Assembly: GCA_951406725.2 (NCBI GenBank)
Contig: OX597823.1
Location: forward strand, 116,002,001 to 116,066,000
Direction of reading: 5' to 3'
DNA: 64,000 bases
Source: Octopus vulgaris
Lineage: Eukaryota
Under the pieces are notes generated by a model. That model searched no databases and was not told where the DNA came from. It saw nothing but the letters and a program-made list of their open reading frames with translations. Made by a program: the position numbers and the translations under genes. Of the stretch, positions 51,264 to 64,000 are shown piece after piece. Position 1 is the stretch's first letter, and each line of letters opens with the position of its first letter.

Positions 51264-52158
51264 CAGTAATCCCTCAACTACCATGAGTGTTATGTTCTAA
51301 AACCCCCTGCGATAGGTGAAAATCTGCTAACTAGAAACAGTCTGTACTGTATATTTTTTATGATTATTTTTATAATTTGTATATATTTATCTATATATAT
51401 ATATAAAGCTGAAGTTGTCTGTGTGTGGCAGGTTTGGTAGCCTTCAACTAATACTGTCTCCTCTGAGACCCTGCAGCGCAAGTTGACCAAAATTGAGAGT
51501 ATGATAGAAGAAGGCTTGCTCTTCTTTCTGTAGAAGAAAAAATTCAAATCGAACCATGTTAACACCAAAAATTATTTACATCAAAAAGGTGCTTTTTTTC
51601 TATGAAAATCCCTAATTTTTATGATTTTTTTACTGCTGTGTCGCCATTTTTCGGTGTATTTCAACCAGAAAAATGTTCACTTAAAGAGAATAACAAGCTA
51701 CATAATGCAACATTTTTACTTTTCAAAAATTCCAATTCTAAAGCATCGAAACAAACCCGAGCAAAAACCAGGCGATACTGCTAGTATTTATTATAATTGC
51801 AAAGCAACACCACACATTCACCTCCCAAGTTTCGTTTTCCATACAGCATGTGCAATTTTTTGTTTACTCATCTATTGTACACTCCATATTTTCTTTTAAT
51901 ATATTTTAATTAATGTATTATACAGTGCAGTACTGTACTACGTTTTCATTTAGTAATTTAGTAATTTTTAGGTGTGAAAATGCTTAGCTTACCACAGAAA
52001 TAATTAAAGTCTAAAAAAATATAAATACCTATCGGCTGCAGAAACCTGCAAATATACTGAGGAATCCACAATATAAATTTACATATATTAACCAGAAAAA
52101 TCCATGATGTACTCAGAGCATAATGGGTGAACCACGATATGGTAAGTGATTATGGTAT
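51264..52158. mobile_element. Tc1/mariner (pogo/Tigger-like) MITE with a nested Helitron
   Basis: TA-CAGTAATCCCTC start; decayed complementary end ...gtgattatggta. Confidence 0.55.
51390..51784 (+). mobile_element. Non-autonomous Helitron
   Basis: 5' TC after A, 3' CTAG before T, decayed GC hairpin cccgagc...ccagg just upstream of CTAG, no TSD. Confidence 0.75.
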
Positions 52159-52369
52159 CTCAAAAATAATGGAGACAGTTATAGACTCACACTTCTTCAA
52201 TTTCTATGTTCCCTTTAGAGCCAAATTTACTGGAAATTTTCTCATCTGTATTACACTTCAATTGACTGTTGTATTGTCTTGACATTGGTAAAGCCTTTAA
52301 CTTTGACCTTTCTCCAAGAAAAACGACCTGGCTATGGGCTCTACTAATATCTTGTTTCAAGGAGGGGTA

Positions 52370-52600
52370 ATTTTGAGCTGGCAGAAACGTTAGCATGCTG
52401 CGCAAAATGTGTAGCTGTATTTCGTCTGTCATTACGTTGTTAGTTCAAATTCCACCGAGGTCGACTCTGCCTTTCATCCTTTCAGGGTCGATAAATAAAG
52501 TACCAGTTACGCACTGGAGTCGATGTAATCGACTTAATCCCTTTGTCTGTCCTTGTATGTCCCTTCTATGTTTAGCCCCTTGTGGGCAATAAAGAAATAT
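52370..52600 (+). mobile_element. SINE family B
   Basis: Match to 22712-22945. Confidence 0.88.
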
Positions 52601-52829
52601 ATTTATGAGACTCCTATCAGTTCTGGTATGCATCAGTGTTTGGTTTTACCACACCATAATCTTCCTTATCATAAGGCATGCCCCTAAGTAAATCATACTA
52701 CCTGGCATTCTTTACTAACATTTCATATCCATAAAAACATCTCTGTCTTACATGTACTTTCAGTTATTCAGCTCGGTGCAAGAAGCAATTTTTTTCAACA
52801 ACCAGCCCTATGTCATTCACATTTCTTTC

Positions 52830-53092
52830 CGTGCATTTTTCAAGCCTAGCCTGGCTCATGGGCCTGGTTTCTGTGGTGTATGTATTCCCCCCACCCCAGC
52901 TGCATTACTCAAGTACAGGAAGAAAGAGTGAGAGAAAGTTGGGGTGAAAGAGTACAACAAGGGTCGACACTACCTCATGGGGCTTTAGGTATTTTCACTC
53001 AATAAACACACACAATGCCCGGTCTGGGAATCAAAACCATGATCCTCTAACCGCGAGTCCACTGCCCTAACCACTGGGCCATTGCTCCTCCA
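52830..53092 (-). mobile_element. tRNA-derived SINE family C
   Basis: Reverse match to 50356-50668. Confidence 0.78.
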
Positions 53093-53249
53093 CTGTCATT
53101 CACATATCTTGGCCCAAACTTTGAAATGGGTGTTAGGTAGTCAAGGTTTCAGTGCTGCAAATATTGGCTTGCCCAAGCACTGTGATATTTCTTTGAGTAA
53201 CATTCCCATTCTGCTATTGAATGTGCACAAGGTTTTTCCCTCAGACATC

Positions 53250-53400
53250 CCTTGGCATTATGAAGGACATCCAGCTGTAGAAACTCTGCCAAATCAAGAT
53301 TGGAGCCTGGTGCAGCCATCTGGTTCACCAGCCCTCAGTCAAAATCGTGCAACCAATGCTAGCATGGAAAGCGGACGTTAAACGATGATGATGATGATGA
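53250..53400 (+). mobile_element. RTE LINE extreme 3' end
   Basis: gctagcatggaaagcggacgttaaac(GAT)n. Confidence 0.82.
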
Positions 53401-54158
53401 TCCCTTCTGTTATATTTCCAGTTTACAGAGATATCACCACCACCAGCATAGCTAGATTGTGTGCCACCAGAGACGGCCCTTCCGTTTGCCACCCCAGACC
53501 CCACAAAAAAACACATATTGCCTACAGCAGACCCAAAAGTGGTGCCGCTTTAAAAGTGCCGCCCCTACCACCCCCACCTAGCTACTCTAGGGTTCACCAC
53601 TAACTTGTTTGTGCTGTCTTCAATCTGTTAGTGAAGGGGTGACTTGATGTCCCTTTCAAGGGTTGATTCTGTGGAGTGTCCTGCACTGTTCTTGCATATA
53701 TGTATGTATATATGAGGTGTTTGTGTGTGTATGTAAGCGTGTGTGTTTGTGTGTGCGTGTGTGTGTGTGTGTGAGAAAGAGAGTTTGAATGTATTTAATC
53801 ATTGAATGTTTATATTCTGCTGCGGTAAAATTAAAGGAAGTTTTGAATGTTTTACAAATCTTCACTATACAACAGTTAGATTCAATCTTGAGGATTATGT
53901 GGTGTGTGTGTGTGTGCATGTGTGTGTGTGCATGTGTGTGCGTGTGTGTGTGTGTGTATCGATACATATTAATGTACACTTATGCGTAAACTAGTGCGTA
54001 TGTATGTACATCTTTGTATTAATGTATATATTATACATGCATATAAGGTTTTATACGTATACCTGTTTGTAAATATGTGTGTGTGTGTATTTATGTAGAA
54101 GAATAGGTGTGTGTGTTGTGTAGTGGAAACTAAAGTGATAGATCCACAAGCTACTTAC

Positions 54159-54285
54159 ATGTTCACTGTAAGCTGAGATTCACATGTAATTTGTTGAAAT
54201 GCTGCGGAAATAATCCATGCTTGATCAATTCTGGTAGATGTAATCTTGGTAATGGCATCGAAGACATTGTTTACAGTGTTTTAAG
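54159..54285 (-). other. Candidate 127-nt exon, probably non-coding (UTR or lncRNA)
   Basis: ttctttgttctccaattcaacag acceptor, CAT|gtaagta donor; stops in all three frames. Confidence 0.4.
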
Positions 54286-54359
54286 CTGTTGAATTGGAGA
54301 ACAAAGAAGTAGATAAATAGATAGAAAGATAGATAGACTGATAGAAAGACAGACAGATG

Positions 54360-54392
<33 letters not shown>

Positions 54393-54839
54393 GTATGTAC
54401 ATACATAGAATGATTGATAGAATACAAAAATACAAAGCAACAAGCTAAATAACCTAAACTGGTCTAATTCTGCAGCAGATTAAGAATTATTGCTAGCTAA
54501 ATGCTTAACTTCCAATTTTTATGAAGAAACATAAATTAGAAAGAAGAAAGCTTGATACGGCCAAAGTGTTTCCAACAGAACTTTGGATAAAACTATGGAA
54601 GCAATGAATAGTTTCCGCTGTCACTGCTGCTACTGTTAATTTATTTCTGTAGTAAATATGTGATATCAATTGTTGTATCTCTGTGTTTTAACTGATATTT
54701 CTTTCAATAAACTCTTGCTGTTAACATCTCTTTCCTAACTTATGCTAAATACTTATCTTACTGTTTTATGGCGTAAGTGTTATTACCTTGAATAGCTATA
54801 AAACTATTGATATAAGGTGGTATAACTTCGTGCTGCAAC

Positions 54840-55260
54840 ATTGATTTAGCTGTTTGTGATATCTCACTCACTAATATAGCTGTCCTTGAGATATCTCATT
54901 AACTAATATAGCTGCTTTTTGGGATATCTCACTGGCTTGTATAGCTGTTTTGGGGATATCTCACTGATTAATATAGCTTTCACTGGGATGGCTCACTGGC
55001 TAAATTAGCTGTCCCTTCAATATCTCACTGGCTAAAGTAGATGACACTGGAATATCTCACTGACTATTATGGCTAACATCAGGATATCTCACTGGTTAAA
55101 GTAACTGTGTTTGGGATAACTGACAAACTAATATAGCTGTCTTTTGGGATATCTCACTGGCTAAGGTTATTGTCTTTGGGATCTTTGACTGGTTGAAGTG
55201 GCTGTCATTGGAATACCTCATTGACTAATATAGCTATCATTGGGATATCTCACTGGCCAC
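54840..55260. repeat. Minisatellite, about 32-bp unit (gggatatctcactggctaatatagctgtcttt)
   Basis: About 12 degenerate units. Confidence 0.85.
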
Positions 55261-56041
55261 CCTAGCATTAGATTTCTACAAACAGTGATGTTGTAATCAA
55301 GCTGATGAGAAAGATCATTTGCTTGCTCTGTTTGCTAGAAATAACAGCCAACTCGCACTAAAATCACAACTCGAACATCTTAAAAGCTGGATACATTGGA
55401 TGATGTGATCCTAGACACACTGTGCCTAAAATACAAAAGTGGACAGGACTGTCATGTTTGAAATGTATTTTGATCATGTCTACTAAATCCAATCTGATTC
55501 AGGGTAATGAGGTGTTCTCTAAGTTGCTACTTAATCTCCTTGAAATAACAGTCACATCTCCCTCAAATCTCACTCTCCCATCAAAGAATAGCCAAAGTAG
55601 ATAATGTAGTCCTATATTCACTGTGTCTGAATAAAAAAAAACAAGATGGTCAGTGCTGGTGAGCCTTTGCTTCTTGGTCTGCTGGATCAGGTCTGATATA
55701 GGGTGAGGTAGACTTCATTGGCAGAAATAATTGTGTAGCATAATGAAGATAACTCTGAATATTCTAGTAGCTTAATCTATATAAACCTTGGATTGGTATT
55801 GACTTGATGGATGGTCATATATGATCAATTGATCTGGACAAGAAAAGATTGAAGGCTAAACTGAATAGCAGTCTTGGCAATATTGACATTTATTGAGCTT
55901 CTAAGGAAAATTCAATTGAAGGAGTAGGAAATAAGAATTTCATGAAGAATTGTTTAACACGCATGTTACATAGTGAACTCAGAATTAGTATAAAGAATTT
56001 TGTGTTATTTAATTTTTGGACAGTTCTGGCCTAGGATTTAT

Positions 56042-56480
56042 TCATCATCATCATTGTCATCATCGTTTAACGTCTGCTTTCCATGCTAGCATGGGTTGGA
56101 TGATTCGACTGAGGGCTGGCGAACTAGATGGCTGCACCAGGATTCAATCTTGATTTTGCAGAGTTTCTACAGCTGGATGCCCTTCCTGATGCCAACCACT
56201 CTGAAAGTGTAGTGGGTGCTTTTACGTGCCACCAGCACAGGTGCCAGTAAGGTGATGCTGGTAACAATCACGCTCGAATGGTGTCATTTACGTGCCACCG
56301 GCACGGAGACCAGGCAACTGCTCTGGCAACGATCATGCTCGGATGGTGCTCTTAGCACCCTACTAGCACGGGGCACAAGTGCCAGTAAGGCGATGCTGGT
56401 ATGACCACACTCGAATGGTGCCTTTTAAGTGCCACTGGCACGGAAGCCAGTTAGCTGCTCTGTCAATGATCACACTCATA
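56042..56480 (-). mobile_element. RTE LINE 3' UTR fragment
   Basis: (CAT)n tail and repeated acgtgccaccggcac units. Confidence 0.85.
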
Positions 56481-56599
56481 TGTTAGGATAAATAAAGCAT
56501 TTTTTAAATGTTAATAATATCTATTATGATGTTAATGCAACATTTGAAGACTGTCAGCATTGATCTGAGTCTTCTATGTCATTTGTCTCTCCTATTGAT

Positions 56600-57480
56600 A
56601 TTACTCTTTCTGTGGAAGTATCCAGTTGATGCTAGAAGCTGGTTGGTTTTAATATCTATGGATTGGACCTCTTCTTCAGATCAGTGAAATATCCCAAATG
56701 TTGCTTTCAACACTGGTACTGCAAAGACACCGTGGGATATTGTCTTGTTGTAGGAGGAGAGCTCCAATAGTCATAATTTTCTAAGTCTGATCATTTTCAC
56801 AGCAACAGCATATGATAAATTTTCATTAATGCCTTGGTATTTGTAGCATTTTTTTGTGTTAAACAGTTGATACAAAACGACTTTTGATGCACAGGTTCTA
56901 GGCTTGGGAGACTGATTTTATTTGTTCAACAATGAAATACAAACACTTCCTTTGGCCAAATTCCTTTCGTGTGTCAGCAGAAAATGTTATTAACTCCAAC
57001 TGGTTTTTGGCATTGTAAACATCTTAGCATAGCACTTCAGGTCATCTACAAAGAAATTACAGGTTACATTGATATCTTTAGCAGTTGCAGCTTCTAGCAT
57101 GTAGCCACTGGAATTTTGTAAAAGAAATAATAACAGATTTAATACCTAAATAAACAGAAATGCAGCAAAGTTAGCTTCTCTGGATATTTCCTTTCAAATA
57201 TTTATCACATTGGATATGTTTTTTATACTCTCAGTTGTAATTCTGAGGATTGTTGAGCAGGTGTTTGTAAGCCTCTCAGTGGCAGCATCTAAGATGGCAG
57301 GTACTTTTGCCAAGTGCAAAGACCTTAGTGACCACGAGTGGGGAATAGAGTCAAATACTTTCCTGTAATCAAGCCATGCTGTTGCAAGGTTTCTGTAGTG
57401 TTTTTTACTTTGGTCAATACCCTTTTGTCTATCAAAAGTTCTTTGGTATATCTCCAACCAGAGGAATCTTAGCAACAGGA
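56600..57480 (-). pseudogene. Decayed R4/Dong-like (RLE-type) LINE RT
   Basis: RNLATAWLDYRKVFDSIPHSW motif and FVDD at 57041-57052. Confidence 0.7.
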
Positions 57481-58109
57481 TAGACCCTTCAGCAAATCAA
57501 TCCAGTGGGTCCTACAGTAATTACTTATTGACAGCAAGCCACAAAATACATGAATCAGAACTGGGCCCCAAGGCATATGAGCCCTGACTCCACCCTCGGG
57601 CAGCTGCCGAGTTTCCTTACACCTTCAGACAGTGCTACCCCATGCTCCCTTCTTCCCACTCATGATGATCCTTGAGGAATTAGTTGAGGTAGCTTTTATA
57701 ATGTATTTACATTTAGCTTAGGCAAAGCAATGAACCTAAAGGTTTCTGCTGACTCAATGGTTTCTTTCTTGGCTACAAGAGTCGTCCTTGCTCTCCTTTC
57801 CATAGTTCTTCTGAATACACACATCACTGGTTTTCTGTAGAAGGTCAGCATCTTATACAAGTATCCAACCATTAGATCTCTTCCAGGGGCTCTCCCTTTA
57901 TGTGTTCTTTTACTCTTTAAATAATTTCAGCTCAAGAGCTGTGATCATGCTGGAGCATCACCAGATGGTGTTACTACACCTTCATTAACCTTTCTTTAAT
58001 AGTTAGCATTTGATGAATGAAAGAGTTTGACGTACTGCTACTCTCATTTGGAAAAAATTTGTGTGTGTGTGTGTGTGTGCATATGCGTGTGTGTGCGTGT
58101 GTGCATGCT

Positions 58110-58340
58110 GGTAGGTAAACAGAATCGTTAGCACGCCGGGCGACATGCTTAGCGGTATTTCGTCTGCGTTATGTTGTGAGTTCAAATTCTGCCGAGGTCG
58201 ACTTTGTCTTTCATCCTTTCGGGGTCGATAAATTAAGTACCAGTTATGCACTGGGGTCGATGTAATCAACTTAATACCTATGTCTGTCCTTGTTTGTCCC
58301 CTCGGTGTTTAGCCCCTTGTGGGTAATAAAGAAATAGGTA
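58110..58340 (+). mobile_element. SINE family B
   Basis: Match to 22712-22945. Confidence 0.88.
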
Positions 58341-58367
58341 TGTATGTATGTATATGTATATATACAT

Positions 58368-58420
<53 letters not shown>

Positions 58421-58458
58421 CACATATATACACACACACACACATATATATACACATA

Positions 58459-58519
<61 letters not shown>

Positions 58520-58939
58520 GTGATTACTAGGGTAAGCAAATTAGACACATCATATATATTAAATTTATTAAGTACATTGAATAAAAATATGTATGTATAT
58601 ATGCAAAACAAGAGAAATCAAAATGTGGAAGCTTTCAGATGATGAATGATCAATTTATATATATAGATATATATATATATTCATATTTATGTAAATAGGT
58701 CCAACTTAAACAGAGTACAACTGACAGAAAAATTTCAAGGGGTGGAATAAAGGTATTATGAGTCCAACATCTGTTTCTTGGGGCTCAGTGATCTGTAATA
58801 ATGCTAGTAGATTTAGTCAATCACTAATTATGGCCGTATGGATGCATTTAACATAGGATGAGACGTGCTTCCTTCATCAGAGTAGAGGAAGATCTTACAT
58901 TTCAGGTCTTAATGCAGAGAAGTTCAAAGATGGAATATA

Positions 58940-59630
58940 TAGTTTTGGCTGCTATAGTTTGGTGGTGTCTCTTAGATGCCCTAAGTTATAATTTTAATTA
59001 TACTTATTACTTATCATATTATATTTAACTTTTTTATATGTTTTGGTTAGTTAAAAAAAAAGAATTTAAAAATTAAAAAATTTAAGAATTAAAAAATTTA
59101 AGAATGTAAAAATGTAAAAATTTATAAATATAAATTTAAAAATTTTAAATTTTAATAATTTAAATTTTATATTTTATATTGTATATTATATTAATTATAT
59201 TTATTGTTTTGTTTTTTATGTTTTTGTTTATGTCTATCACTGGTTGAGTTGCCTAATAGTGGTTTTATCTCTAATTTAATTTATATATATATTTATAGAT
59301 ATAGATAGATAGATATATATATAGATATAGATGGTATAATTTAGAGCATCTAAGAGACACCACCACGCTGGAAATAGCAGCCAAACCTTGACTCTAAAAC
59401 CACATTAAATGTTCATACAGCACCAGGAGAGAAGACAGACATTTAATGTGGTTTTAGAGTCAAGTTTTGGCTGCTATTTCTAGAGTGGTGGTGTCTCTTA
59501 GATGCCCTAAGTTATAATTTTAATAATAATAATTACCTTTGAAAGTTTTTATTCCCATGCTGGCCACCTGATAAGATCAGTATTTAAATAAAGATCTTAT
59601 CCTTATTTATTTATATATATATATAGACAG

Positions 59631-59666
<36 letters not shown>

Positions 59667-59790
59667 TATCTGTTTATTTATTTATTTATAAGTTATATAT
59701 TTTATAAAAATATATATTATTTGTTATTTATGTTTTGGTTTATGTCTATCACTGTTTGAGTTGCATAATAGTGGTTTTATCTCTAATTTA
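58940..59790. repeat. Direct plus inverted duplications between TA tracts (Penelope-like 3' end architecture)
   Basis: Inverted arms 59335-59412/59439-59517; direct repeats at about 58942/59463 and 59220/59730. Confidence 0.75.
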
Positions 59791-59791
59791 T

Positions 59792-59850
<59 letters not shown>

Positions 59851-60419
59851 TTCCTATATGCATATATATATATATGTATATATATGGATGTATGTATTTT
59901 TCTATGTATCTATGAATGTACATATGTATGTTGTATACTTTCAAAAAAATTTATTATATCAACAAAGATATAAAGATAGTTATCTTTACCATTTATATTT
60001 TCATGTCTAGTGGAACTTCCTCCTATGAAGATATGTACCCCTCCTACCAAACAGTCTAGGTCTGAATTTAGGTGAATTCACCCAAGTTTTTCTTCAAGAA
60101 ATTTATTCATTCAGACATGAAGATATGACTAAAGCTTTTGCTTTCCATGAATCAATATTATGTAATCATTGTTTATATCCATGTCTTCCAGTTTTTTTTT
60201 AATGAATGCATTTGATCCATATTTTGTTGAAGCAGCTGTAAACAAGGATTTCAAGTGAGACAAGTACATCTGTGCTTTAGCCTGTACATGTGAGTGCTTG
60301 CGTACATGCGTGTCTACACATGTGTGTGTATGTGTATATCTATATGTATGTGTATGTGTAAGAGGGAAACTGATGTATTCTCATGGCATAAATCCAAATA
60401 TATTCTGATGTATATATAA

Positions 60420-61035
60420 TGGCTTCAAATTTTGCCACAAAGGCAGCTTTTTTTAGGGGAGTGAATGAGTCAATTACATTGACTCCAATGTTTCAATGGT
60501 ACTTATTTTATCGACCCTGAAAGGATGAAAGGCAAAGTTGACCTTGGTGAAATTTGAACTCAGAACACACTGACTGCTGAAATGCTGTTAAGCATTTCAT
60601 CCAGCACACTAACAATTCTTATTTCTTTATTGCCCACAAGGGGCTAAACACAGAGGGGACAAACAAGGACAGACGAACGGATTAAGTCGATTACATCGAC
60701 CCCAGTACATAAGTGGTACTTAATTTATCGACTCTGAAAGAATGAAAGGCAAAGTCGACCTCGGTGGAATTTGAACTCAGAACGTAATGGCAGACAAAAT
60801 ATCTATTTCTTTACTACCCTCAAGGGGCTAAGCACAAAGAGGACAAACAAGGATAGACAAAGGGATTAAGCCGATTACATTGACCCCAGTGTGCAACTGG
60901 TACTTAATTTATCGACCCTGAAAGGATGAAGGGGAAAGTCGACCTCAGCGGAATTTGAACTCAGAATGTAACAGCAGACGAAATACCGCAAAACATTTCA
61001 CCTGGCAGGCTAACGTTTCTGCCAGTCTCCGCCTA
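60420..61035 (-). mobile_element. Three consecutive SINE B units (dimer nested in an older copy)
   Basis: Core ggtacttaatttatcgacc...gaatttgaactcagaa repeated three times. Confidence 0.85.
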
Positions 61036-62059
61036 ATGATTCTGTTTGCTCACTACCTTTGCTGATGCATACATAATCATATGTAACAGTGACTATGTCA
61101 CATTCCAAAAGTGGTGTTATTCACGAAACATGTTAAAAAACACATAGTTAATATATTGTGAAATTAGTATAAGGACCAATGATAAATTATTAAACATCAG
61201 ACCCAATGCATTGGGTTTTTGCAATAGAAATGAAATCACATTTACCCGTGGCTTGCAAAGTAAATAGTAACCTGCTCTCTATGTTCACCAATGAGAGAGG
61301 AAGATATCACTTATCTCACATTTTACTTGTTTACACTTGTCTCTCACTTTCACTCTCTGACCTCTGCCTGCATTGCTCTCTCTCTCTCTCCCTCTCTCCC
61401 TCTCTTTCTCTCTCTCTCTGTCCCTGTCCCTCTCCCTCTCTCTCTAAAAAATACACATTCTTCTCAAAATATATAATAACTGTGTCATATTTCATGTAGT
61501 TTGATAGTGTTGTATCTGGTCAACTTCAGTTAAAAAAAGAAAAACAAACAAAAACATGTTGAATGAAATACTTCTTAAATTGACTTTCAAATATCTGTTT
61601 CCTTCAGGAAGCTTAAAATAAGGAAGGCAATATCTAATAATTTACTCTATAATTAAAATTATTATAATTAGAAAAACCATTAGAGTGTATTTATTGAAAT
61701 TAATGTCCTTTTTTTTTTGTAGATTTTATTTCTTTATTTTCTCTGAATCTAATTGGAAATCTAATTGTGCATTATCAAATTAAAGAAATAAATTTTATTC
61801 TGAATGTTATTATCTAACTATTGATGATTAAGTGATTGTTTTAAGTTCTTTACTTAGCGTTAAATAATAGGCATTTTTCTATAACACAACCTACCTAGTC
61901 TACTGTTTGATTATAATCCTCTCTGTATAATAACAGTTGTTTTGTAGTTGTAATATATCTTATAATGCTTGTTTTTGTTGTAGTGGTAGTTTTATTAAAG
62001 TGGTTTAATACAACAGTAAACATTTTGATACAGTGAGTGATGTGTGTATGTGTGTATAT

Positions 62060-62366
62060 AAGCACTCAAGAAGACCTGCCCACCACAACAGAATTGAGAT
62101 CTTAAAGCCAAGGTGTCACATAAAGAGCACTGATGATGGTGCCACGTAGAAAACACTGGTGATGGTGCCATGTAGAAAACACTAGTGATGCAAAAAGCAC
62201 CCAGTACACTCTGCGGAGTGGTTGGGATTAGGAAGGGCCTCCAGCCATAGACACCAAGCCCAAACAAACTATGGAATGCAGTGCAGCCCCTAGGCTTGCC
62301 CATTCCAGTCAAGCTGTCCAACCCATGCCAGCATGGAAAGCAAACATTAAACAATGATGATGATGA
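62060..62366 (+). mobile_element. RTE LINE 3' UTR, diverged
   Basis: ggtgccacgtagaaaacac units, ttaggaagggc, (GAT)n tail. Confidence 0.75.
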
Positions 62367-62944
62367 GTCATGTAGCCATCAGGAGTGAATCAGCTTGCTA
62401 AGCAAGATAGGCAATGTCTTCTCAGACAAAAAACTATATTAAATATGAAAATGAATTGATTTCATTATTAAACTGCTAATTTAATGGAAGAAACTGAATG
62501 CATGATTCAGTGACTTACTAATATTTTGATGTTAGGCACAATATCCATTGCACTGAAGTTCAATAGTTTAAAGTTAATAACATTATACATTATTAATACC
62601 ATATGTATCATGAATTCAGCTCCATGTATGTATATATATATATATATGCATACATGCATACATTAGAGTTGTTATGGAATTAGAAATTACTACAATTTTA
62701 ATTGTCATTACAAAGTAAGATGTGTGTGTGTCTGTGTGTCTGTGTGCATGTGACTCTTTGCCAGTGATGATTGAGCCAGTTTCAAGAGCCGTTTTATTTC
62801 ATGTGAGTGTTTAATATATATATTTATATATGCATGTATGTATGTATGTATGTATGTATGTATGTATGTATGCATGTATGTATACACGCATGTATGTGTC
62901 TATTGAAATATATATATCACCATTATTTTAAAATCTATGTCCTT

Positions 62945-63093
62945 AGGTGCAGGTACAGCTATGTTGTAAAAAGTTTACTTCTCAACCATAAGGTTCTGGG
63001 TTCAAGTGGACAAGTGTCTTCTAATATAACCCTAGGCTAACCAAAGCCTTGTTAGTGGATTTAATAAATGGAAACTGAGAGAATCTCATTGTA

Positions 63094-63136
<43 letters not shown>

Positions 63137-63165
63137 GTATGTGTGTGTACATGTATGTGTGTGTG
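62945..63165 (+). mobile_element. SINE family A, 5' half, old
   Basis: aggtgcagg head to ggaaactgag and microsatellite. Confidence 0.65.
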
Positions 63166-63904
63166 GATGGAATTATCTTATCTTTGAATCCACTGTTAGC
63201 TAGAGCATTGTTATAGTAGGATCGGAGTAAAAGAAACTGGATTGAAGTTCTATTATAAAAGGGTGCTGCATATGAAGAATGCATGAAATGAGTAGGGATT
63301 ACCTCATACTAACCTAATAGAGGGATCAGCTATTCAAGTTGACAGAAGTATGGTAGATTAAGTGAATCAAGAATATGAATAAGGGGAACTTGCAGGTCTA
63401 TTGGAGAGGGTTGCAGAGTTGCTTAATATCTGGGTGAGTAAAATACAAATTACCTTATGTAGAAAAGGAGAAGGCATAAACTCAATTCATGGTGTTTGAT
63501 GTAAGCTATGGATGCACAAGAGATGAAGTTTAATGAATTGAAAAATTAAATACATCAATAACTTCTCAATACATAATTGTTAGTGAGAGATTGCAACACA
63601 CCAATGAGGCTCTGTAGTGTTTCCTGTCCATAACTGATAGTATTTTCATATTTGATTTCCTTTGTTTATATTGGTTTGATAAGTCTATAAATTCTTGAAA
63701 TTACATGAACTTCTGCTGTGATTATTTCACACCAATTACTGAACATTGAAGTTCAGTAAAATACTTTCTGTATAGAAAATGCAACATGATCTTTAAAGAT
63801 CTTCCCTAACATCATGACCAACACATTACCATCACACAGTTCTATATAATAATTATTAATGAGCTTATTGTATACAATACTAAGGTGTATTCAATTTGTT
63901 GGGA

Positions 63905-64000
63905 GTAGATGGAAGAGGTAGACCCAGGAAAACCTGGGACGAGGTGGTGAAGCATGATCTTCAAACATTGGGCCTCACCGAAGCAATGACTAGCAACCGA
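63905..64000 (+). mobile_element. RTE LINE ORF C-terminus, continues past the window
   Basis: GRGRPRKTWDEVVKHDLQTLGLTEAMTSNR. Confidence 0.85.

Noticed and set aside
53385-53603. GC-richer proline-rich ORF
   Set aside because: Starts in a (GAT)n tail and spans a probable small MITE with tagctag/ctagcta ends
54840-55260. CRISPR-like periodicity
   Set aside because: Contiguous degenerate units without unique spacers, eukaryotic context, no cas genes

Overview
Eukaryotic, AT-rich, repeat-saturated DNA. From recall of its tRNA-headed SINEs, RTE 3' tails and dense TA/CA microsatellites it is most likely an Octopus (coleoid cephalopod) intron or intergenic region. No intact protein-coding gene, real tRNA/rRNA or CRISPR array is visible, and almost all listed ORFs are microsatellite or SINE artefacts. 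The window holds three SINE families, many RTE LINE 3' ends, and decayed CR1/L2-like, RTE-X-like and R4/Dong-like reverse transcriptases. It also holds piggyBac-, hAT- and pogo-type MITEs, a non-autonomous Helitron, and a large rearranged Penelope-like element (RT plus GIY-YIG, about 29.5-34.5 kb). The most interesting signal is a set of at least five sequence-distinct minimal type I hammerhead-ribozyme-like motifs. They have palindromic or near-palindromic stem III, some have non-canonical cores (U3-A8, U6, long stem II), and they sit in Penelope-derived or TA-microsatellite-embedded fragments that often form fold-back repeats. Several minus-strand exon candidates suggest an unidentified spliced host transcript. 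All calls were made by eye, and repeat boundaries are approximate.
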